Below, piece by piece: positions 50,307-61,749 of a stretch of 64,000 bases of DNA. The position numbers and the translations under genes were made by a program. The notes beneath the pieces are model-generated. The model was given only the letters and a program-made list of their open reading frames with translations, did no database searches and was not told the origin of the DNA. Position 1 is the first letter of the stretch, and every line of letters starts with the position of its first letter. Source of the DNA: a virus (lineage: Duplodnaviria; Caudoviricetes); IMG/VR virus record IMGVR_UViG_3300028048_000075, positions 32,001-96,000 of that record. One strand, written 5' to 3'.

Positions 50307-50858
50307 ATGGATGTGAAACGCTTGATAATCGATCTTAACAACATGTTTTTGCGTATAAACTTTTGGGATGATGGAAACGTTATAGCTTTTAGCTTTAAAT
50401 GCGATTTCTTTGATAAAGCTTATATAGACAAAAATAACCGTATAAGGTTCAATATCAAAGAATGTAATAGTGGTGAGTTAATGTTGAACCTCTCCACAAG
50501 AAACGCAGAAAACGACAACAGCGAGTTCTTTGAGATTTCAAGAAAATACTTCAATGATAATCTTGCAAATCTCGTAAAAGATTCTCTTAGGCATATGCTC
50601 AATGGGGAACAGCTTATACCTAATCCGTCTGTTGAAGCTGCTTACAAGCTAAAGTCAAGACCTAAGAATAACAATCATACTCAGAGAGTTCGCAATCTCA
50701 ATGTTGGTATTTATGGTCTAGATCCTGATGGATACAATATCTGGTGTCCTACTGGTGAAAACCTATTTGAAGAATTGGAAGATTTTATGGAAATCCCTAG
50801 TGGTGATTTCATGGATCTTCCACAGAATGCTGTACAACTTGAGTTAGATCTCTTCTAA
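50307..50858 (+). CDS. hypothetical protein
   Basis: GGAGG/AAGGA RBS before ATG 50307. Confidence 0.7.
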   Translation: MDVKRLIIDLNNMFLRINFWDDGNVIAFSFKCDFFDKAYIDKNNRIRFNIKECNSGELMLNLSTRNAENDNSEFFEISRKYFNDNLANLVKDSLRHMLNGEQLIPNPSVEAAYKLKSRPKNNNHTQRVRNLNVGIYGLDPDGYNIWCPTGENLFEELEDFMEIPSGDFMDLPQNAVQLELDLF

Positions 50859-50959
50859 AATTAAAAAATAAACGCTCGATTTGATATTGGGCGTTTATTT
50901 TTTGTTTATATATTTTACTAATAGCATCGAGACTAAGTATTATATAATAGGAGAATAAT

Positions 50960-52087
50960 ATGAGACTTAATTTTGGAACAGGAAGAAGTACGTTCGGCAT
51001 GACTACTAAAGATGTGCCAGGAATGTATAAATTACACAGATTTATAGTTCTTTCAGAGATTTCTTCAAACAGTGTACCGAATATCTTGGATATATTCTTC
51101 GGATTATTTCCTGGAGGTATAGATTGCGTTGATGAATCTTCTAAGAAAACAAGAGTTATGGTAATTAATAACTCTGAAGTACATGGAACTTATTATGGAT
51201 TGCGGGATTCTAGAACTAGAAACGTATTTATCCATCATGGAATGGCTGATTGTTCAGCAAATGAAATTCAAGGTGATACACCAATATTCTTCAAAGACGT
51301 TGACTGGAACGTTATTGTTGATAAACCAGATGAAATGGAAATGGCCGTTTCACAAAATAAATGCTTGTCAGCAATGGGTGAAGTAAATCTTTCTTATGAT
51401 TCGGAAGTATCTGGAGATAATATCTTTAGACCAAACAGTGGTAGTAAGAAGATATTGATTCCTACACCGGAATTCTATGACGAAAAAGATATGGTTCTTG
51501 TAGGTAATCGTGAAGAAAACTACATGGATATGATATATGACGCAAAAGAGAAAATCTGGGAAACTCCGGATGATTCTAATATACTCAGCAATATGTATAC
51601 TCTTACATTGAATGATCTTATTGATGAAAATACTAAGATTTTCAGATTAAACATTAAGATCGAAAATTTATCGTCATTTAAAGAATTTGATGAAACTTCA
51701 GAAACATTCAATAGTTTTGTTGAAGAACTTTGTGCTAACACTAAATTCGCTCTTGAAAAATCAGGTTTCTCGTCAGCAGAGATTATTTATGACGGAAAGA
51801 ATGGTTATAATGTAACTAATCTTAAAACGTATATGAATCTTACTGATATTGAGAAAAGAATCAATTACATGGGTTTGTGTTATGAACTCGATTCATTGAA
51901 TGAAGCTGGTTTGTATGGTAGTAGAAATGATATTAGCATTATTATGACACTCAACTATAGTAATATTCACGTTAAAATAATCGATAAGATTATTGACAGA
52001 AGAAATTCTGAAAATACTACAGATTCTGACGTATTAGGATTGTCTCAGATGTTAAGAGAAAGTACAGCGAATATGTACATGTCATAA
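50960..52087 (+). CDS. hypothetical protein
   Basis: AGGAG RBS, early-like motif 50906. Confidence 0.75.
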   Translation: MRLNFGTGRSTFGMTTKDVPGMYKLHRFIVLSEISSNSVPNILDIFFGLFPGGIDCVDESSKKTRVMVINNSEVHGTYYGLRDSRTRNVFIHHGMADCSANEIQGDTPIFFKDVDWNVIVDKPDEMEMAVSQNKCLSAMGEVNLSYDSEVSGDNIFRPNSGSKKILIPTPEFYDEKDMVLVGNREENYMDMIYDAKEKIWETPDDSNILSNMYTLTLNDLIDENTKIFRLNIKIENLSSFKEFDETSETFNSFVEELCANTKFALEKSGFSSAEIIYDGKNGYNVTNLKTYMNLTDIEKRINYMGLCYELDSLNEAGLYGSRNDISIIMTLNYSNIHVKIIDKIIDRRNSENTTDSDVLGLSQMLRESTANMYMS

Positions 52088-52129
52088 ACGTTTCGCTTAT
52101 ATATTCTCTATATAATAAGGAGTGTTAGT

Positions 52130-53302
52130 ATGAATATAACTGCGAGAACTTGGCAAAAACCGAAAGAGTATGTAGAAGCTGGTAAAGGTTTTGCCGAAGC
52201 TGGCATTTTAGATGCACACAGATTTTTCTATATATTCTTTTCGTATAATGACATCGATGACTTTAAAAATAACCGATTGGATCCAAAAGCAATATACTAT
52301 GGAAAAGCAATTCAAATAAATCTTTCTATCTCTAGAGGTGGTAAAGATAATGTTGATGTAGCTCCATGGTTTAGAGGTTCAGATAATTCGACGTTCATGA
52401 GTATAGGAATGTACATTTATGACGTTATTTCTGAAGGTAGTATTACAGATCTTTCTGGAGCACAGTTCATTCTTAAAGAATCATTGGTGTCTTCAACAAC
52501 AAATGATTATGATTTGAAGAAATCTATGTTACTCGGAGCATCAATGTATTCTAAAGATCTTAGGGATAAACCTGAGAAATCGATATATTTGGCAAATAAC
52601 ATAATGGAAGATCATCCACCAATTCCAGAACCAGAGTATTACACTATAAGACAACAAGAAGTTGAAAATGGTGATATATTCACAATATTGGATCTCGGAA
52701 CTGTTATAACTCGTTTAGGTCATGAAATATTTGATGAAAATACTACATTTTCGATAATGGATATGACCGAAATGAATGCTATGGAACCAATTCTCAAGAA
52801 TAAAATATATGAAGCGAGAAATACCAAACGAATGAGTGACTACAAAGCTTCTATATACGATTCTACAGAATTATCAGAATATACATTGTATGAAGATTTT
52901 GCAAGTATGCAACATGGTTATACTTACATTTATGATACAAATCTTGGTGTAAATATAATCAAAAACAACAAATCGTTTATGCCGTTTGTAAATCATCAAT
53001 TCAAAGATAAACTTCAGGAAGATCTTGAAGGAACTTTGAGAAAAATTAAGATGTATGCTTCTGAAGTAGAAAAAGAACTTGGTCCTATGAGATTGATGTT
53101 TACTCCATTATATTATGGAGATAAAAGTAACGTCTATTTCAAAGATTGGAAAGCTGACAATCAACCGGTTGTTAAGGATTCTATTGGTCTTGATAGTGGT
53201 ACTAAGTTGGAAAATGAAGTAGTTAATTGTTGCTCAGAAGAATATGACGGATGGGGAGCAAGAGATAAAATGGTTCCACCTGATGGTGGATTGTATGATT
53301 AA
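52130..53302 (+). CDS. hypothetical protein
   Basis: AGGAG RBS, early motif 52097. Confidence 0.75.
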   Translation: MNITARTWQKPKEYVEAGKGFAEAGILDAHRFFYIFFSYNDIDDFKNNRLDPKAIYYGKAIQINLSISRGGKDNVDVAPWFRGSDNSTFMSIGMYIYDVISEGSITDLSGAQFILKESLVSSTTNDYDLKKSMLLGASMYSKDLRDKPEKSIYLANNIMEDHPPIPEPEYYTIRQQEVENGDIFTILDLGTVITRLGHEIFDENTTFSIMDMTEMNAMEPILKNKIYEARNTKRMSDYKASIYDSTELSEYTLYEDFASMQHGYTYIYDTNLGVNIIKNNKSFMPFVNHQFKDKLQEDLEGTLRKIKMYASEVEKELGPMRLMFTPLYYGDKSNVYFKDWKADNQPVVKDSIGLDSGTKLENEVVNCCSEEYDGWGARDKMVPPDGGLYD

Positions 53303-53311
53303 GGAGGATTT

Positions 53312-54280
53312 ATGGCATACAGAACCAAACAATTTAACATCCTGTATAAGGAGTACTTGAAACCAGTTATGGATTTCGTGGGAATCACAACCTCTAATGA
53401 CCCAGGTTGTGGTCTCATGAAATATATCGGTTGTGACAAAAAGAATCCAGAAGGAAAAGCTGTACCGACATATTTTGTCAATCAGTTTAATAACAACAAG
53501 ATCTATACGTTAGTCAGATCTCAAGACGAGTTCATTAACTATAGATCTCGTAAAGATGATTTGGAATACTTTAATCCATTTGTGAAGTACAAGAATGCAT
53601 TATTGCTTTTGCTTATGACAACTCCTGTTATATACGAAAAGGTCGTAGACAGGAGTTTTTGCCAAAATGATGATGGTGTAGATCTCGATATCGTAAACGT
53701 AATTGTAGACGATGAACTTGCTATCACTCAGGAAGAAATTCTTAATCACGTTAGAATTCTTCAGTATCCGTTACGTAAAAATATGTATGACGAATCGATA
53801 TATTCGTATGGTGTGGAGTTCTCTACAGATACAATGAGCTTATGCGATTCTGAGCTCATAGAAGGTATAACAAGTTCTGAAGACAGCAAAATATTGGCAG
53901 TATTCATGTTGATCTTTAGGATTATGGCAAGATTTGAAGAGCCATTACCTATTCTTACAAAAGCTTGTGACGGTTCTTTTGAAAGACTTCGTGAGATGTT
54001 TGTTGATACTCTTACAAAGTATGAGAAAGAACGTGAACTTAATAGAAAAGATATTAAGAAACTCAAGATCGAAACTGAAGTTGATGTATATCAGGGTGAT
54101 GAACTTGAACTTCTTGATTCTAACGAATACGAATCTGTTTCAGATGCATTGGATAAATCTTCTTCTCCTGAAGATGAAGAGCTAACAAATGTTACTAATA
54201 TTACAGACAAATACAAAGAAGTTATTCCTATCATCGATAAAGAAAGCGATGACGATATGCTAGAATTGGATTTCATCTAA
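53312..54280 (+). CDS. hypothetical protein with acidic C-terminus
   Basis: AGGAGG RBS; ends DDDMLELDFI. Confidence 0.75.
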   Translation: MAYRTKQFNILYKEYLKPVMDFVGITTSNDPGCGLMKYIGCDKKNPEGKAVPTYFVNQFNNNKIYTLVRSQDEFINYRSRKDDLEYFNPFVKYKNALLLLLMTTPVIYEKVVDRSFCQNDDGVDLDIVNVIVDDELAITQEEILNHVRILQYPLRKNMYDESIYSYGVEFSTDTMSLCDSELIEGITSSEDSKILAVFMLIFRIMARFEEPLPILTKACDGSFERLREMFVDTLTKYEKERELNRKDIKKLKIETEVDVYQGDELELLDSNEYESVSDALDKSSSPEDEELTNVTNITDKYKEVIPIIDKESDDDMLELDFI

Positions 54281-54364
54281 TACTAAAGAGGGCCTTGTGC
54301 CCTCTTTTTTTGTTTGACAAACTAATATATCCTTATAGGATAAAAATAATAATAGGACTGTGTT

Positions 54365-55495
54365 ATGAACAAAAAACTTGCTATACTTATTACATCTTTG
54401 GTTTTGAGTTTTGTACCTATTGTGGGATATTCTGATCAACAACCTGGTAATAAAGATTACAATTCTACCGAGTATACAATGAATTACTACACGAATAACG
54501 CTGAATATGGTGGAGCAGAAAAGGTTTATCAAGCCGATATATCTGGAGGAAATGTCCAATACATTAGACGTGATGAATCGTTATACGACTCCGTATTTGA
54601 GGTTTTGAAAAATAACCTTTGGTTCGTAGTGGTAGTTTGTGTATTGGTAATAGTTGTAATGTATTCGATTATTCTATTATTCGTTGGTATTTTTAAATGG
54701 TTAGGAAAACGATTTGAGCATACCGAATATTTAGAAATAGGAAAACTCAAAATAAAAAACAGGAATTATAAACCTGAGAATACAAATAGTCAAGACCAAT
54801 CATTTAATGTTAGAACTTTTGTTACAATGCTTGATATAATTCTTTCAAATGAAATGAAATTGGCTATTACTAAAACTATGGATATCATGAATACTATTCA
54901 TTCTATTGAAAATATTTATGATTCTCAGTGTGAAAGTATATTTCGAAATACCTTCACTACACTTAAAAATGAATACCATGAACGATTAGTATCTTATGCT
55001 TCTGAGGTTACAGGATTCACAATGGATTCAATCCACAGAACTAGGGAATATTTTTTTATTTCTGATATGTTGCATTCTGCAGAAATATTCTGGATGGATC
55101 AGAGTAAAGATATTATTAGTCGTAATGGATTTGTTGAAATTGTAGATGATAAACGCAGATGTGGAGAATATATTAAAGAACTTGAAGATTGTATATGGAG
55201 ATCTATAGATATCCGTAAACTTGAAGCTACAGTTCTTAAAAAGAAAGATATTGACGAAATCTTGATTGATATCATGAGAACGACTTCTTCTCAGCTAGAG
55301 AATATGTTTATGAGACTTGGTTCTCTTAAAAAGAGCATGTTGTCTAAGAAATCTGAGAAAATGTCTATCGTTGATAAAGCAATTTCCACTAGTGTAGATA
55401 CGACTTTGAATAATATCAAATACAGATTCTTTGGTACAGGTTTGAATCCTGAGAACAATGAATCTGGAGAAGTCGCAAATACAGCAAATACATAA
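54365..55495 (+). CDS. membrane protein (signal peptide plus TM), late
   Basis: N-terminal signal sequence, TM at about residues 85-112; GACA-N6-TA at 54316. Confidence 0.7.
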   Translation: MNKKLAILITSLVLSFVPIVGYSDQQPGNKDYNSTEYTMNYYTNNAEYGGAEKVYQADISGGNVQYIRRDESLYDSVFEVLKNNLWFVVVVCVLVIVVMYSIILLFVGIFKWLGKRFEHTEYLEIGKLKIKNRNYKPENTNSQDQSFNVRTFVTMLDIILSNEMKLAITKTMDIMNTIHSIENIYDSQCESIFRNTFTTLKNEYHERLVSYASEVTGFTMDSIHRTREYFFISDMLHSAEIFWMDQSKDIISRNGFVEIVDDKRRCGEYIKELEDCIWRSIDIRKLEATVLKKKDIDEILIDIMRTTSSQLENMFMRLGSLKKSMLSKKSEKMSIVDKAISTSVDTTLNNIKYRFFGTGLNPENNESGEVANTANT

Positions 55496-55539
55496 TGACA
55501 AATGGGGTTTTATACCCCATTTGTATATTTTGGTCCATC

Positions 55540-55551
55540 GACAAAACTATA
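55540..55551 (+). promoter_or_regulatory. late-type promoter motif (A/G)ACA-N6-TA (representative copy)
   Basis: Also at 5454, 6834, 20544, 40341, 45362, 54316, and on - strand at 10081-10092 and 61660-61671. Confidence 0.7.
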
Positions 55552-55586
55552 TACTTTTCGAAATGGTTATTACAAAGGAGTAAGTT

Positions 55587-58500
55587 ATGGGCGTTTATAC
55601 ACATAGCGCTTCGAGAGCAATATACGAACAAGAAATAAAAAAGGTTGGTAGTAACTTAACACATAGCGGTTCTAAAGCGATTTATCAACAAGAACTTGCA
55701 AAAGCTTCCAGCCAATATACACATAGCGCTTCAAAATCGGTATATGAACAAGAATTAGCCAAAGTTACTAATAAATATACACATTCTGCTTCAAAGTCAG
55801 TGTATGAACAAGAATTGGCTAAGGCTACTAAAAATAACAGTACAGTTTCTAATGCTGCATCGACGTTTACTGGAGGTGGCGGATCATCGGGAACTTATTC
55901 GTCTGGTGGATCGTCTGGATCAAATCTTACCGCTAGTTCTTCTGACAATTCCAACTCTAATAATAGTAGTAGAAGTGGTTCAAAAGCTAGCGAAAGTGGT
56001 AATGGAGAAGCTAAACCTATAAATAACGTCTTATCAAATTATGATAATGAAGTAGTAGAAACTGAATCTGGATCTTCTGGTTTTGCATCAGGTTTATTGG
56101 AAACTTATAAAAATGGTGGAGCTCAAGGTCTCGTATCCAATCTTACAACTTCAGTAAGTTCATATCTGAATGATAAAATACAAAGTTTGAATAAACTTGC
56201 ATCAGGATTTGCTTCTGGAATGCTCGATAAACTCGGGCTTTCTAAGTATCTTGACAAGTTTATGGAATTTGGAAACAAGTACTTCGGCGATGTAATGAAA
56301 ATGTTGGGAGACATGAAAAATGATGCTCTTAGACAATTACAAAATGCCGCACTTAACTATATTTCTAACATAGTTGAAGATCTTACAGCTAACCTACTTT
56401 CAACAGTATATATTCCAGATTCTGTATTTAAACTGACTATCGAAGGATTATATAAAGCTGGTGCAGACCTTGCTTATAATAGTCATTATCTTCGCGATCA
56501 TTGTCTTGCTAGAGACTGGAACGAAACGTTAAAATATGTTGATGAACAATATGGATTGGATTATTCTCCAGCTTATGACGAATTGATTGCTGATGTAGAA
56601 ACATGTTCTCATGGTTCATGTTGGAAGAATCTTCATTATATTTTCGGCAAAATGTATGATCATTACAAATATATTGTAAAAGAAATTGGTAAGAATACTA
56701 GAGAAGTTGAAAAGATTATTGGTGGAGATATCTCCTCTCTTAATGAAATGACCGATGAAGAATTCAATACGAGATTTGATGATGTGACTATAGCTAAGAT
56801 AGTTGCTTTACAAGGTATAATAGGAGATCTTACAAGAAATAAGACTCTTATCGAAGAAACTATGGTAAAAGGTCTTAAAGATCTTATTGTGTATTCATAC
56901 ACATATGTAAGAGCATCTGATATTCGTAAATTCTTTACTGATTATCCAGAAATTTTGAAACCAATGTATTATGGTTCAACTGATAACAAATATAATCAAA
57001 GGTTTGCATTCACTGGTAGCGATATTGAAATAATGATGCCTATGCACGGTGATCATAAATTGACCGAAGCCGATGAGGCAATTTTGAATGATGTAAACTC
57101 TCATATAAATGAATTAAGTGCTGCTGCAGATGAGGCTTCTAAAAATGCTACAGAATATGAACTTAGAGCTAAAGAAGCTGGTTTTTCTTTAGAAGATGGA
57201 TACACTATTGAAGGTGCTAAGAATAAAGCAGCTGCATCAATATCTACACTTAGAAAAAACGTCAATCAAAATCAGAAAGACAGATATGGAACTCTTAGTA
57301 GAACAGCATTAACTAAAGGTTCCAATGGTGTATATAAAGCTTCTATGGCAAGATACACGATGAAGAACTCTAAGAAAGACAAAGTCAAGTATCGTAGTAA
57401 GGATATTGATGATGTACTTGAAGCTACAATGACTTATGATAACACTTGGGTAGATCTTAGAAATAAGAATATCAAGACAATTTATGTTTTGCTTGCTAAT
57501 GAAACTATTTTTGGTTCAGAAATGATGGTCAATAAAGCTTTTTATGACCGTTGTAAGATACCTACAGCCACAGTTCTCAAAACTAGTCTTGATAAAGCTA
57601 GAGGTATTCTTGGAACTTCTATGCTAGTTCAATCAATGTTTGATCTTTCTGATGCAATTGATGGTTCGGCATATAACTACACCAAGAGTGTTGAAGATTA
57701 TTTGTTTGATCCTTCTGTTAACCGTAGTGCAGATAGCTTAGCCGAAGTTTTTGGTGGTGCATGGAAACTTACTTTTGAAGAATTGAATGAACCTGATATA
57801 AAAGATCTTAAAATCACAGGTGATTTGGTTGAAGGCGAGATTGTAAATCCTCAAGATGTTGCTTCAAATCATGTTGTAAATAACAATACTCTTGAAAAAA
57901 TAAATAAAATGCTCGATGCTAACTTGGTTGCTAAGAGAGCTATAGTTAATATCTTACGTTTTGCTTCAAATATTCCTATGCTTAATCGTAGAGATATAAT
58001 TATAAAATGGCTCTATTTCTTTTATAATGCTATGGTTTCTAAAGGAATCGATCAGGCTATTAGACAAAGAACGTTATCATCATTGGTTTACTATGTATTT
58101 GGTAAGAAAGGTATTACCGATATAAGTGAAATCAACGGCATATTCGATTATGCTACTACAGAGTCATTGAATGATAATATTAAAGTTTTGGCAGCAATTA
58201 GTAAACTTCAGCTATATGAAGAAGCTATGAGACTTGAAGAAACTGAGTTTAAGACAACTATTATTAAACTCTATAAGCTTGCTGTGGATATGATGGCTAG
58301 AGAAGTTGAAGACATAGGATTTATCAAATCTCTATTCAAATACGATAAAGAATATTTGAAAACGTTCTTTAAAGCATCTTTCTATAATGAAGTTGATTTC
58401 TTAAAGAGTATCAATTCTAGAGATAATCTCTTGTATGGCATTTTCTATCCACATAAAGATAATCTTACAGAACATTTCGACGGTTTTGATAGAACTGGTA

Positions 58501-60662
58501 TTTTCGGTTATAGTGATTCTCTTAAAAGAATTCAATTCACAAATATCATTGATGGTGACTGGTTATCTATAGCTGTAACCTATAATGGTACTTTCTTTGG
58601 TGGTTCAGATTTTGCTGAAAAACACGGAATTAAGATTCTTGATGAGAGTACTGGAACTATTGTGGATACGAATATTACTACAGGTAACTGGGTAAGTATA
58701 TTCGAATATTTTAAGACTACATTCTTTATCAATTCTGATGATCAATTATATTATTGGAATGGATCGGATGTTGTATATACTGGTATAGATCATATTAGTG
58801 ATTGGGAATTTAAAACCATTAAAGAAATAAGTTTGATTCTTCTTTGTAGTAAAAACAATAGTGGATTCAAATATTTCACTAATTCCAGATTTAATGACGG
58901 ATCTACTAGTGGTTCTGGATGGAAATGTCAAAAGATTCCTGGCGGACATATAGTTTATCCTACTAAGAATCCTGGATATCCATATGCTATAACTACTTCT
59001 AAAGCATTCAAAATGCTTAATGGATTCGATACTTACACTCATTTTGCTAATATTACTCACACAATGAAACAAACTGTTAATCCTCCACAAGGTGCTACAA
59101 ATCCTGATGGAACACCAGTTAAACCGACAGTAACTTATACATATACGTTATATTTGTTTGGTGGAACTAGAAACAATGGTATTCTTACTTATAAGAGTAC
59201 ATCGGGATCTAGCAATAAATTCCAGTTTGAAAAATCTAATCCTGAAACCAGATTCGTAGATGCTGTAGGTTCTTCAAGTCTTGCAATACCTATGAATCTT
59301 ACTAATACAACAATTTGTGTAGTTACTGATAATAAATTCGTAGATGTTGATTTTATTATAAGTCATGCTTCTGAATCTACTGGTGGAATAGCTCCTGTAT
59401 ACCCATTGGATGAAGATGATTCTTCCACATTACGTCAATTTACATCGATTACAAAGTATCAAACTTGTAAATCAAAAGTTTTCTTTACAGATTCTACAGG
59501 ATCTGGAAACCAGAATTATTATATCGATTTTGGTACATCTACTGTAAATGATCTTGATGATTCTATAGATTTGAATTCTGGTGTATTCTATGAGTTTGAT
59601 CCTAATGATACTTTGTATTGGAAACGTAATGATGGAAAAGGTGTATATAAATTTACAAATAATTCTGTTGTAGCTATGATTGATGGTGCAGACAATGATC
59701 TTACCGGATGGGAATTAACCTATGCCGGTGGAAGATTGTATGCTACAAATACATTAACCGGAAAAGGTGTTAGAACTATTTCTGGAAACAAATTGGTTAC
59801 AACAAATATCGATTCTGGATTCTGGAAAGTTGGAGCTAGCGATGCGAAAGTTTTTGCAATGTCGTATAATAACACTAATAAAGGTATTAGATATTGTAAT
59901 AGACTTGCTCCTACTATAGAATTTATCGAAATACCTGCAGAATGCACTAAATATGGTGATATTGGCGGATTCGCATATAACAGTAGTAGAGGAATAATGT
60001 ACTTCGGAGAAAACCGTTCTGCACTCATTCTTAACGTTGGTTCTATACCATATGACGTTGACGGATTTATATTCCCTCTATATGAGTATGAATTACAGAA
60101 ACGACTTTCTGAAATCATCAGCAATAAGCTTGTAATTTTCTCTAATATTATTCTATCATTACTTGAAACAAATGCTTTGTTAGACGATATCTTGAATATT
60201 CTTAATCCTATTATGGACGATATGGACGACTTCTATACATCTATGCTAGTTTCATCAAATCTCTTCAGTAATCTTTTGTCTTATGCAGAAGCTAGATCTG
60301 AATTCGATATCGATGATCCGTATGCATTGGATGGTATCTTAACAGATTTCATACTAAACTACTCTTATAATAAGAATAGAAATGATACTACAGCATCTTT
60401 CTATGCTTCATTAGTTGATAGACATGGTGTTTCTGGTTCAGGTCCTACAAATAGTAGTCTTGAAGAAATTATGGCTAGATTTAATGCTGGTCTTATTAAC
60501 ATCAAAGTCTTCTCTAATGTAACAATGGCTGAAAAAGATGGTAAAATGCAAGAAGTTTCGTTGTTAGACTCTGTTGGTGGAGACACTACAGAATTTAATA
60601 AAAAATACAATTGGAGAACTCTTGAGTTCATGAATTGTGACGAAAACGGAGATATCTATTAA
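55587..60662 (+). CDS. 1691-aa probable virion protein: N-terminal 20-aa repeats, helical middle, beta-propeller-like C-terminal part
   Basis: GACA-N6-TA at 55540; recurring TNIxxGxW blade-like motifs. Confidence 0.7.
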   Translation: MGVYTHSASRAIYEQEIKKVGSNLTHSGSKAIYQQELAKASSQYTHSASKSVYEQELAKVTNKYTHSASKSVYEQELAKATKNNSTVSNAASTFTGGGGSSGTYSSGGSSGSNLTASSSDNSNSNNSSRSGSKASESGNGEAKPINNVLSNYDNEVVETESGSSGFASGLLETYKNGGAQGLVSNLTTSVSSYLNDKIQSLNKLASGFASGMLDKLGLSKYLDKFMEFGNKYFGDVMKMLGDMKNDALRQLQNAALNYISNIVEDLTANLLSTVYIPDSVFKLTIEGLYKAGADLAYNSHYLRDHCLARDWNETLKYVDEQYGLDYSPAYDELIADVETCSHGSCWKNLHYIFGKMYDHYKYIVKEIGKNTREVEKIIGGDISSLNEMTDEEFNTRFDDVTIAKIVALQGIIGDLTRNKTLIEETMVKGLKDLIVYSYTYVRASDIRKFFTDYPEILKPMYYGSTDNKYNQRFAFTGSDIEIMMPMHGDHKLTEADEAILNDVNSHINELSAAADEASKNATEYELRAKEAGFSLEDGYTIEGAKNKAAASISTLRKNVNQNQKDRYGTLSRTALTKGSNGVYKASMARYTMKNSKKDKVKYRSKDIDDVLEATMTYDNTWVDLRNKNIKTIYVLLANETIFGSEMMVNKAFYDRCKIPTATVLKTSLDKARGILGTSMLVQSMFDLSDAIDGSAYNYTKSVEDYLFDPSVNRSADSLAEVFGGAWKLTFEELNEPDIKDLKITGDLVEGEIVNPQDVASNHVVNNNTLEKINKMLDANLVAKRAIVNILRFASNIPMLNRRDIIIKWLYFFYNAMVSKGIDQAIRQRTLSSLVYYVFGKKGITDISEINGIFDYATTESLNDNIKVLAAISKLQLYEEAMRLEETEFKTTIIKLYKLAVDMMAREVEDIGFIKSLFKYDKEYLKTFFKASFYNEVDFLKSINSRDNLLYGIFYPHKDNLTEHFDGFDRTGIFGYSDSLKRIQFTNIIDGDWLSIAVTYNGTFFGGSDFAEKHGIKILDESTGTIVDTNITTGNWVSIFEYFKTTFFINSDDQLYYWNGSDVVYTGIDHISDWEFKTIKEISLILLCSKNNSGFKYFTNSRFNDGSTSGSGWKCQKIPGGHIVYPTKNPGYPYAITTSKAFKMLNGFDTYTHFANITHTMKQTVNPPQGATNPDGTPVKPTVTYTYTLYLFGGTRNNGILTYKSTSGSSNKFQFEKSNPETRFVDAVGSSSLAIPMNLTNTTICVVTDNKFVDVDFIISHASESTGGIAPVYPLDEDDSSTLRQFTSITKYQTCKSKVFFTDSTGSGNQNYYIDFGTSTVNDLDDSIDLNSGVFYEFDPNDTLYWKRNDGKGVYKFTNNSVVAMIDGADNDLTGWELTYAGGRLYATNTLTGKGVRTISGNKLVTTNIDSGFWKVGASDAKVFAMSYNNTNKGIRYCNRLAPTIEFIEIPAECTKYGDIGGFAYNSSRGIMYFGENRSALILNVGSIPYDVDGFIFPLYEYELQKRLSEIISNKLVIFSNIILSLLETNALLDDILNILNPIMDDMDDFYTSMLVSSNLFSNLLSYAEARSEFDIDDPYALDGILTDFILNYSYNKNRNDTTASFYASLVDRHGVSGSGPTNSSLEEIMARFNAGLINIKVFSNVTMAEKDGKMQEVSLLDSVGGDTTEFNKKYNWRTLEFMNCDENGDIY
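55596..55835 (+). repeat. four in-frame 60-bp tandem repeats
   Basis: (Y/L)THS(A/G)S(K/R)(A/S)(I/V)Y(E/Q)QE(L/I)xK x4. Confidence 0.85.
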
Positions 60663-60697
60663 AATATAATAAGGGTGGCTCAATGCCACCCTTATTT

Positions 60698-61642
60698 TTA
60701 TTCGATAAATGGATCTGCTGTAATAACAACAGCATCTTTATATTTACCAATAACATGCAAGAAGTTTTCAATTTCAGCAACTGTGAATGTTCTTTCTGTG
60801 AAATAACGTTTCCAGTCTGTGTAATTGATTCTCCAAGTTTCGGTATTCTTTTCTTCTGAATGGTAAAGTTCAATAAGTTTTTCGATATCAGCAAGATCGT
60901 TAACAACAAATATCTTATTCTTAATCTTCTTGTTATCTGGATTGAACGTTGTAATTCTTCCAGGATTAAATACATCGTTGACAATCTCAGTAACAACGTT
61001 GATGTATTTTTCATAAGTCTTAAGATATTCGTTGTATACAGCATTCTTAAACAACAATGGCCAGTCATTAACGCCTTTATTCTTAATAACGCTTGTGAAT
61101 TTGACAATAGCAGAACGATAATCTCCAGCAGTAGCATATGAGAATACACTTTGGTGTAATTCGTAAAGAATACCAAGCATATCTTTTTCTGTAAGTTTTT
61201 CGTACTTTGTGTAGGTATCGAAAATGTCTTCAAGTTCGTCAGGATCATAAGAACCAATCTGAACATCAATAATGCTATCAACATTTACGACATGTGTCGA
61301 AATTGAAGACATTGCGCTTTTAAGCTGAGTTCCATCATAAATCATTCCAGGGAAACCGGAAATATCCCAACCTACAAAAGCCCAAGTGTTTTCTGAGATT
61401 TCATAAGCTTTCAATACAGAAATGTGTCTAGCTTCACCAATTCCGACACTATATGGAAGACGCTTATTATAAGCGAGTTCATTATCATCGTTATATTTTT
61501 CGATCTTTCTAACAAGATCAAGTGGTGAAGAAATACCTTGAAGTAGCGTTTTTACAATTTCTGGATTGTAGGTGTTGATTTTAGTGGAATCAAGTTCCAC
61601 GATGTCATTGATAGTATAATATCCATTATGCATAATGTGCAC
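60698..61642 (-). CDS. hypothetical protein (late promoter)
   Basis: AGGAG RBS; GACA-N6-TA on - strand at 61660-61671. Confidence 0.75.
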   Translation of the reverse strand: MHIMHNGYYTINDIVELDSTKINTYNPEIVKTLLQGISSPLDLVRKIEKYNDDNELAYNKRLPYSVGIGEARHISVLKAYEISENTWAFVGWDISGFPGMIYDGTQLKSAMSSISTHVVNVDSIIDVQIGSYDPDELEDIFDTYTKYEKLTEKDMLGILYELHQSVFSYATAGDYRSAIVKFTSVIKNKGVNDWPLLFKNAVYNEYLKTYEKYINVVTEIVNDVFNPGRITTFNPDNKKIKNKIFVVNDLADIEKLIELYHSEEKNTETWRINYTDWKRYFTERTFTVAEIENFLHVIGKYKDAVVITADPFIE

Positions 61643-61749
61643 TCCTAATCTATTGATTATATTAAAATGTCTTGGCTAACCAATCACATAAATTTTTAAC
61701 TAAAATTTAAACCACACAACTATATAATTTGTATTATATAGGAGAAATT

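Noticed and set aside
55596-55835. Regularly spaced repeats as a possible CRISPR array
   Set aside because: In-frame 60-bp coding repeats with synonymous variation and no unique spacers
60628-61284. 218-aa same-strand alternative-frame ORF overlapping the 60698-61642 gene
   Set aside because: TTG start with no evident RBS, runs through the terminator, and composition looks like an off-frame shadow, unlike the 61750/61755 pair
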